Below, piece by piece: positions 1-13,737 of a stretch of DNA of 64,000 nucleotides (the stretch's first letter is position 1; each line of letters starts with the position of its first letter). A model generated the notes under the pieces. That model ran no database searches and was not told where the DNA came from. It saw only the letters and a program-made list of their open reading frames with translations. The position numbers and the translations under genes were made by a program. Source of the DNA: Macrostomum hystrix (lineage: Eukaryota; Animalia; Platyhelminthes); assembly GCA_950097015.1 (NCBI GenBank), contig CATNEN010000039.1, positions 7,502,001 to 7,566,000 of the forward strand, written 5' to 3'.

Positions 1-749
1 TTTAGCAAATCTGAATCCAGCTGGGAGATTCGGAAATTGGGAGATTGGGATATTATCCTTGATGCCGCACGCAACAGGCTTTCGGAGCCTATTGATTTAT
101 CCCAATCGGGAGAAATCCCATGTGCTAACCCCCTCCTGAGCAGAGTCGAATGGCATCTGCTGATAAATATCGCAAACTGCAGCGCCTTGGCAAAGCCTTC
201 ATGTTTGTACAGTTCGCCAAATTACTTTCTCGCCAGCATTTCACTGATTATTCTGTGTGCTCAGAGCACGGAGCTGTCTTCTACTGAGTCTGATTTCTGA
301 AACTGCTCAAATACCGGCCTCTTATCACCATGTTTCTTGGAATTTATTCCGAGTGGTTGCTAAGGCGCTAGAAATTGTACAGGAGAAGTACTTAGGCAAG
401 AAAACAATCACTCAGATAGATAAGGCCGACCCTAATTTAGAGAGAAAATTTTATAGTTCCGAGCACAAAAAAGGTTTGAAGTTTTTGCTCTCAAAGAGAC
501 TAACTTGTTTGGGTTGTCCTTATAGCAACAGAAGCAGTCAGCAGCGGCGGCGGCTGCGGTTGGAGAGGTGGAAATCGATAACGTCCTGCAACTCGCATAG
601 GGAAGTCCTAGCGATATTGATCTTTTCGGTTCGATTTCTTCGCTTTTATTTTGAGTTATTTTAGCGAACAAAGTTTTCCGGAAATGCTGAGATTTGACCT
701 CGATCCGAATTTACTTTACAATCACTATTTATTTTGACTTGTAAGTCTG

Positions 750-1243
750 AGGGACTGAGGGACTGGGTACTGAGAGACTGAGGTACTGAGAGACTGAGTG
801 ACTGAAGTACTGAGGTACTGAGGTACTGAGGGACTGATGTACTGAGGTACTGAGTGACTGAGGTACTGAGGTACTGAGGGACTGAGGTACTGAGGTACTG
901 AGGTACTGAGGTACTGAGTGACTGAGGTACTGAGGTACTGAGGTACTGAGGGACTGAGGTACTGAGGTACTGAGGTACTGAGGGACTGAGGTACTGAGGT
1001 ACTGAGGTACTGAGGTACTGAGGTACTGAGGTACTGAGGTACTGAGGGACTGAGGTACTGAGGTACTGAGGTACTGAGGGACTGAGGGACTGAGGTACTG
1101 AGGTACTGAGGTACTGAGGTACTGAGGTACTGAGGGACTGAGGTACTGAGGTACTGAGGGACTGAGGTACTGAGGGACTGAGGTACTGAGGTACTGAGTG
1201 ACTGAGGTACTGTGGGACTGAGGTTCTTAGAGACTGGGTGACT
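750..1243. repeat. 8-bp minisatellite (GAGGTACT / GAGGGACT)n
   Basis: About 60 tandem copies of ACTGAGGT with GGG and GTG variants. Confidence 0.95.
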
Positions 1244-2235
1244 GAGAGAGAACAGACAAATGAATCAGGATGACGTCAGTCTGGTCACATGGTTAGATGT
1301 CCGGGCAATTAAATTTGGAAGCAAATTTAGAATCGGCTGCGAGCTGACTGATTGACAGCACAACTGAATTACAGATCAAACGGGCTATTGATTTGAAGTT
1401 CAAATTCTGCAACTATTGAGTAGAATGATGGAGTTGAGCGCCCTCGAAGGTCTAACTGCATTCCTCCTAGATATTGAATCGAATAGCGGTCAGTCGACAT
1501 GAGTCACACACTCTGTCTTGCCAATGCCGTGATAAACGGTATGCCAGCGCACTGCTTGCTAGTTGATCAATTCTGAGCACGTTGTCCGGCACCCATTCTG
1601 GAAGGCTGTGCCGGACTCGAAATTCGCACTGAGATGAATGTGACGTAATCCTGGGCCCATGGATGCAAATTACTCAATTAAGTTGCCCAGTATCACTATC
1701 GTATCTCTCCCACCCTCCCCTGGTCACTGCTGATTGGCCCCTGGCCCGGAGAGCAGCGAGCGAGACTGGTTCAAGCTTTCCTGTAATAAATACTCTCTTA
1801 TTCTTATTCATTTTTCTTTAATCCTTGGACAAGACACTTGAATTTCCCACACTGAAGCGATGCAGAGTTAACTGTCCTCGGACTACTTAATTAGTAATTA
1901 CTTAATTGCTTAATTTCTAATTAAGTAGTCCGTTTAATTGTCTTGCTAATTGGCATGTTTTTTTTTCTCTGAATAATTCGAACCCCCGATGTTCAAGTTG
2001 TGATTTCGATGCATTAAATATTAACTAGTCTAATAAAAATTATTATTACAGTATGTCACTCCTTATCTAAGAATGTCACTCCTTATATAATAATTTCACT
2101 CCTAATCTAAGAATGTCACTCTGTGGGACAGAAGCAGTCCGCGGCAAGGAGGAGAGAGAGGGAGAGATGGAGAGAGGGAGAGAGTACCTCAGGAGGGCTG
2201 CGGGCAATTGCACCTAATTATAATCGTTGACAATG

Positions 2236-2450
2236 GGGGTCGGTGGCAGAGCGGTCAACGCGTTTGCCTCTCGCACCAAGGTCCCTGAGCTCGATTCCAC
2301 GGCGAGGCCACATTCATTTGGGGCGCAGCAGCGGAGAGAAGGTTTGGGGCTTGTCGTGCAGTTTACGCCCTTGAGGGCCAACCTCCAAGGCACAGTGAGA
2401 GTGTACTCTGCCTGACGATGAGAAAGTCAGGGCAGACGTACATACCTGAT
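2236..2450 (+). mobile_element. tRNA-derived SINE family 1, 3'-truncated copy
   Basis: A-box-like TGGCAGAGCGG and B-box-like GCTCGATTCC. Body GGGGCTTGTCGTGCAgTTTACGCCCTTGAGGGCCAACCTC is shared with 29200-29575 (+) and 19490-19750 (-). Confidence 0.75.
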
Positions 2451-3100
2451 TGAAGAACGGTTCGTATTTTCAACAATTTCAAATTTAAAGAACAACAACT
2501 GACACATGGGCTCAAATTCTGTAGGCTTGGTCCACTCCCATAGTTGTGTAAAAGTTTCACCGATCTGAAGCACAATTCACCAAAGAATTTTCCTCACTAA
2601 AGTTGTGATTGACAGCTGCTTAAAAATTGATATGTGGCGAGCGGATGCTAAGGGCTCGCATTGGGAGAAAGTGAAATTCCACGGTTGAATGACTGTGGGT
2701 CAGGGTCATGCAGCTGCAGGCTTACAGCCAACAATAAGGATTGAGAAATATGTGTCAGCCATAAATACAGTTAAGGGGGCTGTGGGCATTCAGCCAGGAA
2801 AATCTGCTCTTTCAGTTCTTCTAAATTTTTAGTAACTGTGGAGATAAAAAATCTGCATTCCCTAAGCAACGAAAATATGGTCGCGAACAGATTTGTTAAG
2901 GCGGAATAGCTGAAGGCGGATGACGCTTTTCAACTAACTTTTGAAGTACAGGTGGAGCTGGTCGAAATTACAAATAGATTAAAGTAGCATTCCAGTATTG
3001 TAGACGCTGTTTGTACGAGAGAAAATTTGGCAGTGAAATTGGGACAGTCAAATAAAGTTGAAGCTTTGTTGAGACAGAGGAACTTTGAGTTTAGGACTCC

Positions 3101-4306
3101 AGAGAGGGAGAGATGGAGAGAGGGAGAGAGGGAGAGAGGGATAGAGGGAGAGAGGGAGAGATGGAGAGAGGGAGAGAGTGAGAGAGGGAGAGAGGGAGAG
3201 AGGGATAGATGGAGAGAGGGAGAGATGGAGAGAGGGAGAGAGGGAGAGAGTGAGAGAGGGAGAGAGGGAGAGAGGGAGAGAGGGAGAGAGGGAGAGAGGG
3301 AGAGAGTGAGAGAGGGAGAGAGGGAGAGAGGGATAGATGGAGAGAGGGAGAGAGGGAGAGAGTGAGAGAGGGAGAGAGGGAGAGATGGAGAGAGGGAGAG
3401 ATGGAGAGAGGGAGAGAGGGAGAGAGGGATAGAGGGAGAGAGGGAGAGACGGAGAGAGGGAGAGAGTGAGAGAGGGAGAGAGGGAGAGAGGGAGAGAGGG
3501 AGAGAGGGATAGATGGAGAGAGGGAGAGAGGGAGAGATGGAGAGAGGGAGAGATGGAGAGAGGGAGAGAGTGAGAGAGGGATAGAGGGAGAGAGGGAGAG
3601 ACGGAGAGAGGGAGAGAGTGAGAGAGGGAGAGAGGGAGAGAGTGAGAGAGGGAGAGAGGGAGAGAGGGAGAGAGGGAGAGAGGGAGAGAGGGAGAGAGTG
3701 AGAGAGGGAGAGAGGGAGAGAGGGATAGATGGAGAGAGGGAGAGAGGGAGAGAGTGAGAGAGGGAGAGAGGGAGAGATGGAGAGAGGGATAGATGGAGAG
3801 AGGGAGAGAGGGAGAGAGTGAGAGAGGGAGAGAGGGAGAGATGGAGAGAGGGAGAGATGGAGAGAGGGAGAGAGGGAGAGAGGGATAGAGGGAGAGAGGG
3901 AGAGACGGAGAGAGGGAGAGAGTGAGAGAGGGAGAGAAGGAGAGAGTGAGAGAGGGAGAGAGGGAGAGAGGGATAGATGGAGAGAGGGAGAGAGGGAGAG
4001 AGGGATATAGGGAGAGAGGGAGAGACGGAGAGAGGGAGAGAGTGAGAGAGGGAGAGAGGGAGAGAGTGAGAGAGGGAGAGAGGGAGAGAGGGAGAGATGG
4101 AGAGAGGGAGAGAGTGAGAGAGGGAGAGAGGGAGAGAGGGATAGATGGAGAGAGGGAGAGAGGGAGAGAGTGAGAGAGGGAGAGAGGGAGAGATGGAGAG
4201 AGGGAGAGATGGAGAGAGGGAGAGATGGAGAGAGGGAGAGAGGGAGAGAGTGAGAGAGGGAGAGAGGGAGAGATGGAGAGAGGGAGAGAGGGAGAGATGG
4301 AGAGAG
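3101..4306. repeat. Polypurine GA-rich array (about 12-bp unit GAGAGGGAGAGA)
   Basis: 1.2 kb of almost only G and A on the + strand; the overlapping ORFs are low-complexity artefacts. Confidence 0.95.
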
Positions 4307-5077
4307 GCAGTGGGGGAGAGAGCGATAGAGATTATGGGGGGAGATGAGAGATGGGTACAGACGGAGATAATATGGAATGGAGAAACGGATAGTGGTAGAT
4401 GATGGATAAAGAGGCACATCACAGAAAACAGACGAAAAGCAAATAACGCAGTCAATGCATTAAAAACTAAAGGAAAAAGCCGATGCCAGTACTTCGGTAC
4501 GGGGCGCGGGCAAATGCTGCACAATCTTATTCCTGTGGACTAAACAGGCAAAGCAACTATTTGCGTAATTCTTGACCAGTTCGCGTACCGGTCCATATTA
4601 TTTTATTGTCCTCGTTGGGAGCCGGCTGGCTGGGACAAGCCAAGATTTAGTCTCCACATCTGCATAAAGTGTTTTCCTCCCTTCGAGAGTAATTTTCAAT
4701 TTCTTATTTTGCAACGTTTTGTCAGCTGGGAAAGGCTTTTCTATTAGGACGATGTGGACTGTTTGAAGCGTCTCGAGATTATTCGAAAATGACTGTCTGA
4801 CAGCTGCAACGTCACGGGTGTGTCAGCTGTTGGCACACTCACACTCACACATGCACACACACGAAAATTTTCTTCTTTTCTGCGCCGTCCATTGTTTCAA
4901 AGCGGACTGATGCTTCTACGAGCGTATGCACACATTTCTGCGTGTCATTTGTGAACGCTGCGAATTTTGCATGACCTTTTATTGAAGCTGTTCTGAAACC
5001 GATTAGCACTATTGCATAACAGATTATTCTACCTTCTTTGTTATTTCTCACAGTTCCCTCTAATCTCTCTTAATTTT

Positions 5078-6215
5078 CATCTCTCTTCCCATCTTTCTCT
5101 TCCCATCTCTCTTCTCATCTCTCTTCTCATCTCTCTCTTCTCTCATCTCTCTCTTCCCATCTCTCTTCTCATCTCTCTTCCCATCTCTCTTCCCATCTCT
5201 CTTCTCATCTCTCTCTTCTCTCATCTCTCTCTTCCCATCTCTCTTCCCATCTCTCTTCCCATCTCTCTCTTCCCATCTCTCTTCTCATCTCTCTCTTCTC
5301 TCATCTCTCTCTTCCCATCTCTCTCTTCTCTCATCTCTCTCTTCCCATCTCTCTTCCCATCTCTCTTCCCATCTCTCTTCCCATCTTTCTCTTCCCATCT
5401 CTCTTCTCTTATCTCTCTCTTCTCTCATCTCTCTCTTCCCATCTCTCTTCCCGTCTCTCTCTTCCCATCTCTCTCTCTTCCCGTCTCTCTCTTCCCATCT
5501 CTCTTCCCATCTCTCTTCCCATCTCTCTCCTTCCATCTCTCTCTTCCCATCTCTCTCCTTCCATCTCTCTCTTCCCATCTCTCTCCTTCCATCTCTCTCT
5601 TCCCATCTCTCTCCTTCCATCTCTCTCTTCCCATCTCTCTTCCCATCTCTCTTCCCATCTCTCTTCCCATCTCTCTCTTCCCATCTCTCTTCTCTTATCT
5701 CTCTCTTCTCTCATCTCTCTCTTCCCATCTCTCTTCCCGTCTCTCTCTTCCCATCTCTCTCTCTTCCCGTCTCTCTCTTCCCATCTCTCTTCCCATCTCT
5801 CTTCCCATCTCTCTCCTTCCATCTCTCTTCTCTCATCTCTCTCTTCCCATCTCTCTTCCCGTCTCTCTCTTCCCATCTCTCTCTTTCCATCTCTCTCTTC
5901 CCATCTCTCTCTTCCCATCTCTCTCTTCCCGTCTCTCTCTTCCCATCCCTCTTCCCATCTCTCTCCTTCCATCTCTCTTCTCTCATCTCTCTCTTGCCAT
6001 CTCTCTTCGCGTCTCTCTCTTCCCATCTCTCTTCCCATCTCTCTCCTTCCATCTCTCTTCTCTCATCTCTCTCTTCCCATCTCTCTTCCCGTCTCTCTCT
6101 TCCCATCTCTCTCTTCCCGTCTCTCTCTTCCCATCTCTCTCTTCCCATCTCTCTCTTCCCGTCTCACTCTTCCCGTCTCACTCTTCCCGTCTCTCTCTTC
6201 CCATATCTCTCTTCC
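5078..6215. repeat. Polypyrimidine CT-rich array (CTCTTCCCATCT-type, 12-14-bp units)
   Basis: 1.1 kb tandem array read directly from the sequence. Confidence 0.95.
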
Positions 6216-9200
6216 GATCAAATAAAGTACAGTAGCGTGCATTCACTGGTAGACTCAAATCGTTTAAAGAGCGAAGCCACTTCTTCATGAATTTGGGATC
6301 AGAAAAGTACTCAAAGTCAGTCAGTCAGATAAATCCCAACCCAAGGCCCTCGTCAGTGAACCCTGCGAATTGAGTCAGCAACTTTCTTATCAGCGAATAA
6401 TTTTTGCCGTCCAAGCCACTTCAGATTTTCTACGAAGCCAGGTTTTTTTTGGGCCCGGCGGAGGAGACATTTGTGATTGGGAAACCGGGCGTGCGCTGCG
6501 CATAAATCCCAGCGGATATTGGCTGGAGGTGGGGATGTCTGAATTTCCGGAATTCGATGCGGCTTTGACTGGAGGACAGATGAAAAGCTAGTCAACAGCC
6601 TTGCACCACTATACTGACAAAATATTCGCTATCTGCATAAGCTCAATTTTCTTAGTCTATGTCGAACCTTTTAGCTTGAATCGCTCAGCTCTTGTTCTTA
6701 ATTTTGTCACTCAAGATTTAGGTTTACTTGAGGCTTAAGAAACTGCAGCTACCCTATTTGATCGCGGAGTCATAATTGCCTGCATAAATGAGGCAATTTG
6801 TGCTTTTTGTGTCCTTTGATATTAGTGGCTTTACGTCGTTATGACTCATGTTAAAAAAGAATTACGAGTATATGCATGTACTGCATACTTAAAATTAACG
6901 CTTCATGGTATTTGATGACACAGAATGGTCTAAAACACTTCCGATATGGTCTTGACACCAGACTGACACGTGGCTCGTCTCATTGTTTCCACCCAGGCCG
7001 CGGATTGACGAGAGATCCCTGATAGTGGGATTACCGGCCGCAAAAGTGAACAAGCAAAAATGACAGCTGTATTGCGCTTTGCGTTGCTTTGTCTAATTCA
7101 TAAATAGAGAATTAACTAACATTATCCACAAGACTGCTTTTCGTCATAACCATGGCTCAAAATACGCAACTAGATTAATTGTCAGCTTGTTGGACAAAAC
7201 GTGTTATAAATAAACTTTTTAATGACTGCAGGCCAGACGTTTTGCAACCCTAGTAGATGTGCAGCCCCTAATGATTTTCTGAGTCAAAACGTGAACTGAA
7301 TAAATACAAAGTCTGCTTTGGTTAGTTTATATAGCGCAAGCGGTATATGCAGATAGAGAGAATCATAAAGATTGATGATGGTTGAAAACTTGGGTAAAAA
7401 TAGAGATTTTAAAACTGATTCACAAATTTAAGTAAATTCAGATTTTTTAAACTCTGTATTACATACCGTAATGAATACAGAAATGCAGGTTAATTACAAA
7501 GCATTGTTTATTTATAATTATGATTTATCGATTTATTGTACATTGGCGCGGATTTAGCCCACAGGTATATCCCCTTTTCATAATTATGTTTGCTTGTCAA
7601 TGTCAGCCAGGTGATCTTAAACTTCTCTCTCTCTCTTCCCATTTCTCTAGTCCATTTCCATCTATGTTTTAGATCTCTATGTTGCATATCCTTGCATATA
7701 TGTAACTTTCTATACCAACAAAGTTGTTACTAACTCGACTGCCACCATAGCAAATCTATCTATAAAATAGTAAAATCGTAAGTCTCTTTTAGGAGCTACG
7801 TAAGCTAACTGTTTTAGATAAATAACCCTGTTACTCAGATACTCAGATACTTTGTTTACTGTAATACAAGTCCATTCCTCTAAAATTAAAAACGATTTTT
7901 TTTCTTCCATGTCATCCTGCCATGTCTGAGAAGGTGCTTTACGTCAAAAAGCAGTGAATGTTGCTCGCTTATATTAGAAAAAGTGAAATTCACATGGAAG
8001 CCTAATTTTTCGACAATTCTGTAGTTTTAATCAGTTAAAAAAGGATTAAAAAAGCAACTTATTCATTTCTTATTTCTACATTCTAGCTTTTTTAAAAAGT
8101 GTTATCTGCGTTTATTACGCAAACGCGCGGTACACGAAATAGATGTAAAATTAATTTCTAAAATTTAAAATATTCTTCCGACCATTGCGAAATTTTGTTG
8201 TGACCTGGTTGGTTGCTGTTGTTTAGACTTATGAGTACAGAAAATATTTTAAACTGAGTCTGGACTAGTGTCAGATATTGCAAACCACTTTTCTCTCTCG
8301 CCTCTTTCTTCAGCAATTGCTGGGCCCGATTACTTTAATTAAGTAAATGTTTCATTACAGGCTACATTTTTTATCATAAAAAATAGTTATAAAACAACGA
8401 CGTAAATTAACTTTCGTTGGCGAAATTATTTTCTTCTTTTAAAATGTTGAACGAACGAAGTGGATAACATCAACTGGTAACACAACTGGTAGGAAACTTT
8501 TTTAAATAACACTGAGCATTGCTCAGTTCAGTACAATGCAGTCCTGACTATCTCAGATTCCTAAACTGGCTAATAATGACGAATCTAAGTACAGAATGCA
8601 GCCAAAAGCCTTGGCAGGATGAAGGCGCCGCCATAGATACTCTTGGACGTGTGATTCAAAGAGAGCATTGCTAGTGCCATGCATGGCCCGGAATTTCGCT
8701 TTGCAGTAATGTACTATTGACAAAATACGTTTTATAAATTAAAAAGCTTTATATAATTTTTGTGTTTAACATTTTATACAAACAGCAACATAAATAATGC
8801 AACTCATTTTCATGCTTGGCAAGTGCCATAGGCCCAGTCATAGCTATTTATTGTAATTATTAATATTATTATGTTTATTATAGCTTGTTTGAAAAAATAC
8901 TTACTTCCATAGCTGTGCCATTGATTAGGGATGCCAAATCCAGGAAACACTTCCTAATCTATGCCCTGCAGCACTAGTAAAAAATATTATTTAAATATTT
9001 AGACAGCATTGCATCATAAAATAAAGATTGCTTTATATTATAGCTAGACATAATCAAATCATTAAGCATACAAACACTGTTTAAAACACTACTGTCAATC
9101 AGAGTGCTAAGTACAAATAGTTTTTGGTAATAATAGTACATGGCATGCTATCCAGAAGTGGCCAAGGAAAGACAGAAGATGAAAAGGTAGGAAAGATAAT

Positions 9201-9749
9201 GTCATAGTGGACCTTATGGTCCATAGTCTTTGTGGACCTTGTTGTTCATAGTCTATGTAGCCATAGTCCATAGTCTAGAAAACTGGATTTTTATAGCTCA
9301 AACATAAACATTTAACTTATTTAGTTATATATATTGTAAGATGCTGGCTTGTCAGTTAGCAGGCACATAAAATGCGAAGAGCCATACTGGCTTGCTAGCA
9401 CTATTATATTTGGCCAGAAACACTGGGGTGGGCGTACCCACTCCCCAATCATGCCACGCAAGCACGCACGCAGGCGTGTACGCTCTACCCCCCGCAGTGT
9501 ACACTGCGGGCCACAAACTCTAAGCCGCTCACAATATAAATTTGGTATTGTATTGGAAAGCTTCTATATTTATCTTTGCTACTTTTTTAGACAATAGATT
9601 TGAAGTAGCTAAAAAAGTAAAAACTTTTCTAAACTGTCAATCAGTTAAAAGTAGTAGCTATTTTAGACAAAAGTTATAAATTACAGTTTTTTAAATTGTA
9701 TAAACCAAATTACTATTATTGCAGGCATTGTAATCGCTACTCAACAAAA

Positions 9750-12190
9750 ATGTGCCTTTTTAAAGCTGTGCTTCTATTCTTTGTTGTCATGCCAACACCA
9801 TCTTGGTCAGCAGTGCCCCAGACTGTCTATGGTGATCTGCTATCCAATGTATTAAATCGTAGCACCTATATGAAGACTGCCATGCCAATATGTAACCATG
9901 GTGACAAGCTTCATGTTGGCCAGGATATGATATTGTACCAGCTTTATGACTTGGATGAGCCAACCCAAATGCTTACAGTAAGTGACAATTATAAGTCTAA
10001 TGCCCGCCTTCTCCTGACATACCAAGTGCTTGCACCTAGCCCAACACTTAACACTGACAGTCTTCTAACACCTGACTGATTCTCTTGACCCCTGACTGTT
10101 TCTCATGATACCTGACTGATTTTCCTGACACCTGACTAATTCTCCTGACACCTGACTGATTCTCCTGACACCTGACTGATTCTCCTGACACCTGACTGAT
10201 TCTCCTGACACCTGACTGATTCTCCTGACACCTGACTGATTCTCCTGACATCTGACTGATTCATCCGTTCGCAGGTGGATGTCTGGGTGGAATCCACCTG
10301 GCGCGACTGCCGCCTTACCTGGGACCCCGCTGCGCACCACAATGTGACCAGCTTCGCCGTGAAGGCCACGGAAATCTGGCACCCGGATTTGGTGTTCTTC
10401 GAATCTCTGCACGGCAACTTCGCCGAAGCCCTTGGTGTCCTCGGCCAATCAACGGCGAGGGTTCGCTATGACGGCATGGTGGAGCTGGGCAGCCAGATGC
10501 TCATCAACACCTTCTGCCGCGTTGACCTTCGCCTGTACCCATTCGACCGGCAGCGCTGCAACATCACCTTCTCCTCCTGGAGCAAGGACGCGCGCACTTT
10601 TGTGCTGATGAAAAAGGCTGACACCGGGGCCAGCGCAGATCATGCCTTCGCTTCGGCTAGCAACGGCGCCTGGCAGGTCGAAGGCTTCCCCGCCTTCAAT
10701 CGGATTGTGGAACGCCGGGTTGGCCTGAACGAGAGCGCCGAACCAGCCTGGTTCACCGAGGTCGCCTTTCAGCTGCAGCTGCGCAGGAAGTCCCTGTATC
10801 ATCAGGTTGGCAGCTGCTGTCATTCACTGTTTCAGGGTCGGATTGGGAATTCGATGAGATGGGATTTTCATATTCTCCGCTATGGCATGATGATCTAGGG
10901 ACTTGGAGTTTTACTGATGAATCTTAGGATTTTTAGGGATAATAGCTGATAGAATCAGTAGAGATGACCAATGGGATCTTAGGATCAGTAGAGATGGCTA
11001 ATGGGATCTTAGAATCAGTAGAGATGGCTAATGGGATCTTAGGATCAGTAGAGATTGCTAATGGGATCTTAGGATCAGTAGAGATGACCAATGGGATCTT
11101 AGGATCAGTAGAGATGTCTAATGGGATCTTAGGATCAGTAGAGATGGATGATGGGATCTTAGGATCAGTAGAGATGGCTAATGGGATCTTAGGATCAGTA
11201 GAGATGGATGATGGGATCTTAGGATCAGTAGAGATGGCTAATGGGATCTTAGGATCAGTAGAGATGGCTAATGGGATCTTAGGATCAGTAGAGAGGGATG
11301 ATGGGATCTTAGGATCAGTAGAGATGGCTAATGGGATCTTAGGATCAGTAGAGAGGGATGATGGGATCTTAGGATCAGTAGAGATGGCTAATGGGATCTT
11401 AGGATCAGTAGAGAGGGATGATGGGATCTTAGGATCAGTAGAGATGGCCAATGGGATCTTAGGATCAGTAGAGATGGCCAATGGGATCTTAGAATGAGTT
11501 GGGATTTATAACGGGATCTAAGGATCAGCAGTGATAACTGATTTTGATGGGATTTTGGGATTAGGAAAAAAGAGTTCTGAAAGATGCCTGCTACGAGTGT
11601 GATTTGCTAAATCACTTGAAATCCCTGGACGAGTCGCCTGCCCTGACGCCATTCAGGCCTACATGATCTTCCCGTGCGCCCTGCTCACCTGGCTTGCCAT
11701 GCTCGTCTTCGTGCTGCCGGCGGAATGCGGCGAGAAGATCGGCTACGTGACCACCCTGCTGCTGTCCCTGGTCGTATTCCTGCTGATGCTGTCGGACAAT
11801 ATCCCACGATCCGGCGACTGCGTGCCCGTCTTGGGTCGTTACTTTGTCATGAGCGTCCTGCTGGTTGCCGGGGCGAATATCTGCACAGTGCTCAGCTACA
11901 GCCTCAGCCTGCGCAGCGACCAGTTCTCTCCACCCCGAATTCTGCTGGCCTGCCTGTCACTGGCCGGCCTCTGCGGCCTTCAATTCCGCTGCGACGGCGG
12001 CTGGCGGCTGTTCACCTTCTCCAGGCGGCAGTTGCCAGGCGGTGGCGGCGCCAACAAGCAGCTCAGCAACGCGGACAAGTGGCGTCTGCTGGGCATCGTC
12101 TGTGACCGGTTCTGCCTGGCTGTCTATGCCGTGCTCTGCTCAGCTCTCACCATCTGGGTTGCCGGATTCGCCAGTGACTACGAGGAGTAG
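9750..12190 (+). CDS. Cys-loop ligand-gated ion channel, nicotinic acetylcholine receptor-like non-alpha subunit (about 430 aa, 3 exons)
   Basis: Exons 9750-9977, 10275-10805 and 11657-12190 with phase-0 GT-AG introns. Signal peptide, W.D.RL.W, IWHPD, Cys-loop CRVDLRLYPFDRQRC, pre-M1 LRRKSLY, M2 ECGEKIGYVTTLLLSL, M4 region DKWRLLGIVCDRFCL. No vicinal CC in loop C. Confidence 0.9.
10062..10262. repeat. 20-bp intronic minisatellite (CTGACTGATTCTCCTGACAC)n
   Basis: About 10 copies in receptor intron 1, ending about 12 bp before the acceptor. Confidence 0.9.
10950..11495. repeat. 30-bp intronic minisatellite (GGATCAGTAGAGATGGCTAATGGGATCTTA)n
   Basis: About 18 copies in receptor intron 2. Confidence 0.95.
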
Positions 12191-12255
12191 AAGCCTCAGC
12201 AGCAGCAGCAGCTGCTGCCTGTACACTCGCAACTGTCAGCCATAGCAAGCCCATA

Positions 12256-13160
12256 CCCCCTTCCCACCCATCAGCTGTTATCCCCTCTTCCCATCCATCA
12301 GCTGTTGTCCCCTGTTCCCATCCATCAGCTGTTGTCCCCTCTTCCCATCCATACCATCAGCTGGTATCCCTCTTCCCATCCATCAGCTGTTATCCCATCT
12401 TCCCATCCATCAGCTGTTATCCCCTCTTCCCATCCATCAGCTGTTATCCCTTTTCCCACCCATCAGCTGTTATACCCCCTTCCCATCCATACCATCAGCT
12501 GTTATCCGATCTTCCCATCCATACCATCAGCTGTTATCCCTTTTCCCATCCATCAAGTGTTATCCCTCTTCCCATCCATCAGCTGTTATCCCATCTTCCC
12601 ATCCACCAGCTGTTATCCCCTCTTCCCATTCATCAGCTGTTATCCCTTTTCCCATCCATCAGCTGTTATCCCATCTTCCCATCCACCAGCTGTTATCCCC
12701 TCTTCCCATCCATCAGCTGTTATCCCTTTTCCCACCCATCAGCTGTTATACCCTCTTCCCATCCATACCATCAGCTGTTATCCCCTCTTCCCATCCATCA
12801 GCTGTTATCCCATCTTCCCATCCATCAGCTGTTATCCCCTCTTCCCATCCATCAGCTGTTATCCCTTTTCCCATCCATCAGCTGTTATCCCATCTTCCCA
12901 TCCATCAGCTGTTATCCCATCTTCCCATCCATCAGCTGTTATCCCATCTTCCAATCCATCAGCTGTTATCCCATCTTCCCATCCATCAGTTGTTATCCCC
13001 TCTTCCCATCCATCAGCTGTTATCCCTTTTCCCATCCATCAGCTGTTATCCCATCTTCCCATCCATCAGCTGTTATCCCATCTTCCCATCCATCAGCTGT
13101 TATCCCATCTTCCAATCCATCTGCTGTTATCCCATCTTCCCATCCATCAGCTGTTATCCC
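12256..13160. repeat. About 23-24-bp minisatellite (CCATCCATCAGCTGTTATCCCMTCTTC-type)
   Basis: Tandem array starting about 65 bp after the receptor stop codon. Confidence 0.95.
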
Positions 13161-13737
13161 AGAGATAACAATGTAACTCATTATAAGCCAATTAGCTTTA
13201 ATTTACGTCTTCGACGAGTTCGTTCTAGCTTGAACTTTTTAAAGTTTAAGTGATCAGGTACGATTTTCATATTAGAAAACTTTATGGAATACTCATAAAT
13301 TTTACCCTTCTGTTTTTAAAATTTGTACATTTTCAGCTCATGCGACTTGAAATTGTCTATTTTTATTCGCAACATGCAAAGCCATGTACATGCACTGTTT
13401 TGTGTACTGCTGTTCATTGGCTAGTACTGTAATGTGTTGAGAACATGCATCATATCGAATTCTAACCGAAGATATTTTAATATTGTCCCGTTTTTGAAGA
13501 TTTTGTCCTTATTGATTCTACGCTTTGTTTAACTAAACAGAGCTAACTTTTTTAAACAAATTTATCTAGAGATTTGTCACAATGTGGTTTGTCAGCAAGT
13601 ATATTTTCAACAAACCACCACACGTTTTCCATCTAATTGAAAAATTATAAAATTAGATCAGTTTTACGTCTGTGCTTATGATGTTTTTCCATTTTTTGTC
13701 ACTTTTATAGTTATACAACAGTTGTACTCGTAGTTCC

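Noticed and set aside
2930-6290. Long ORFs up to 495 aa (SLSP, ERGRE and similar repeats)
   Set aside because: Translations of GA/CT arrays that lack stop codons; no domain content
6290-6591. Possible small non-autonomous Helitron (GTCA repeats, ends in CTAGT)
   Set aside because: Single copy here, with no convincing subterminal hairpin or defined 5' end
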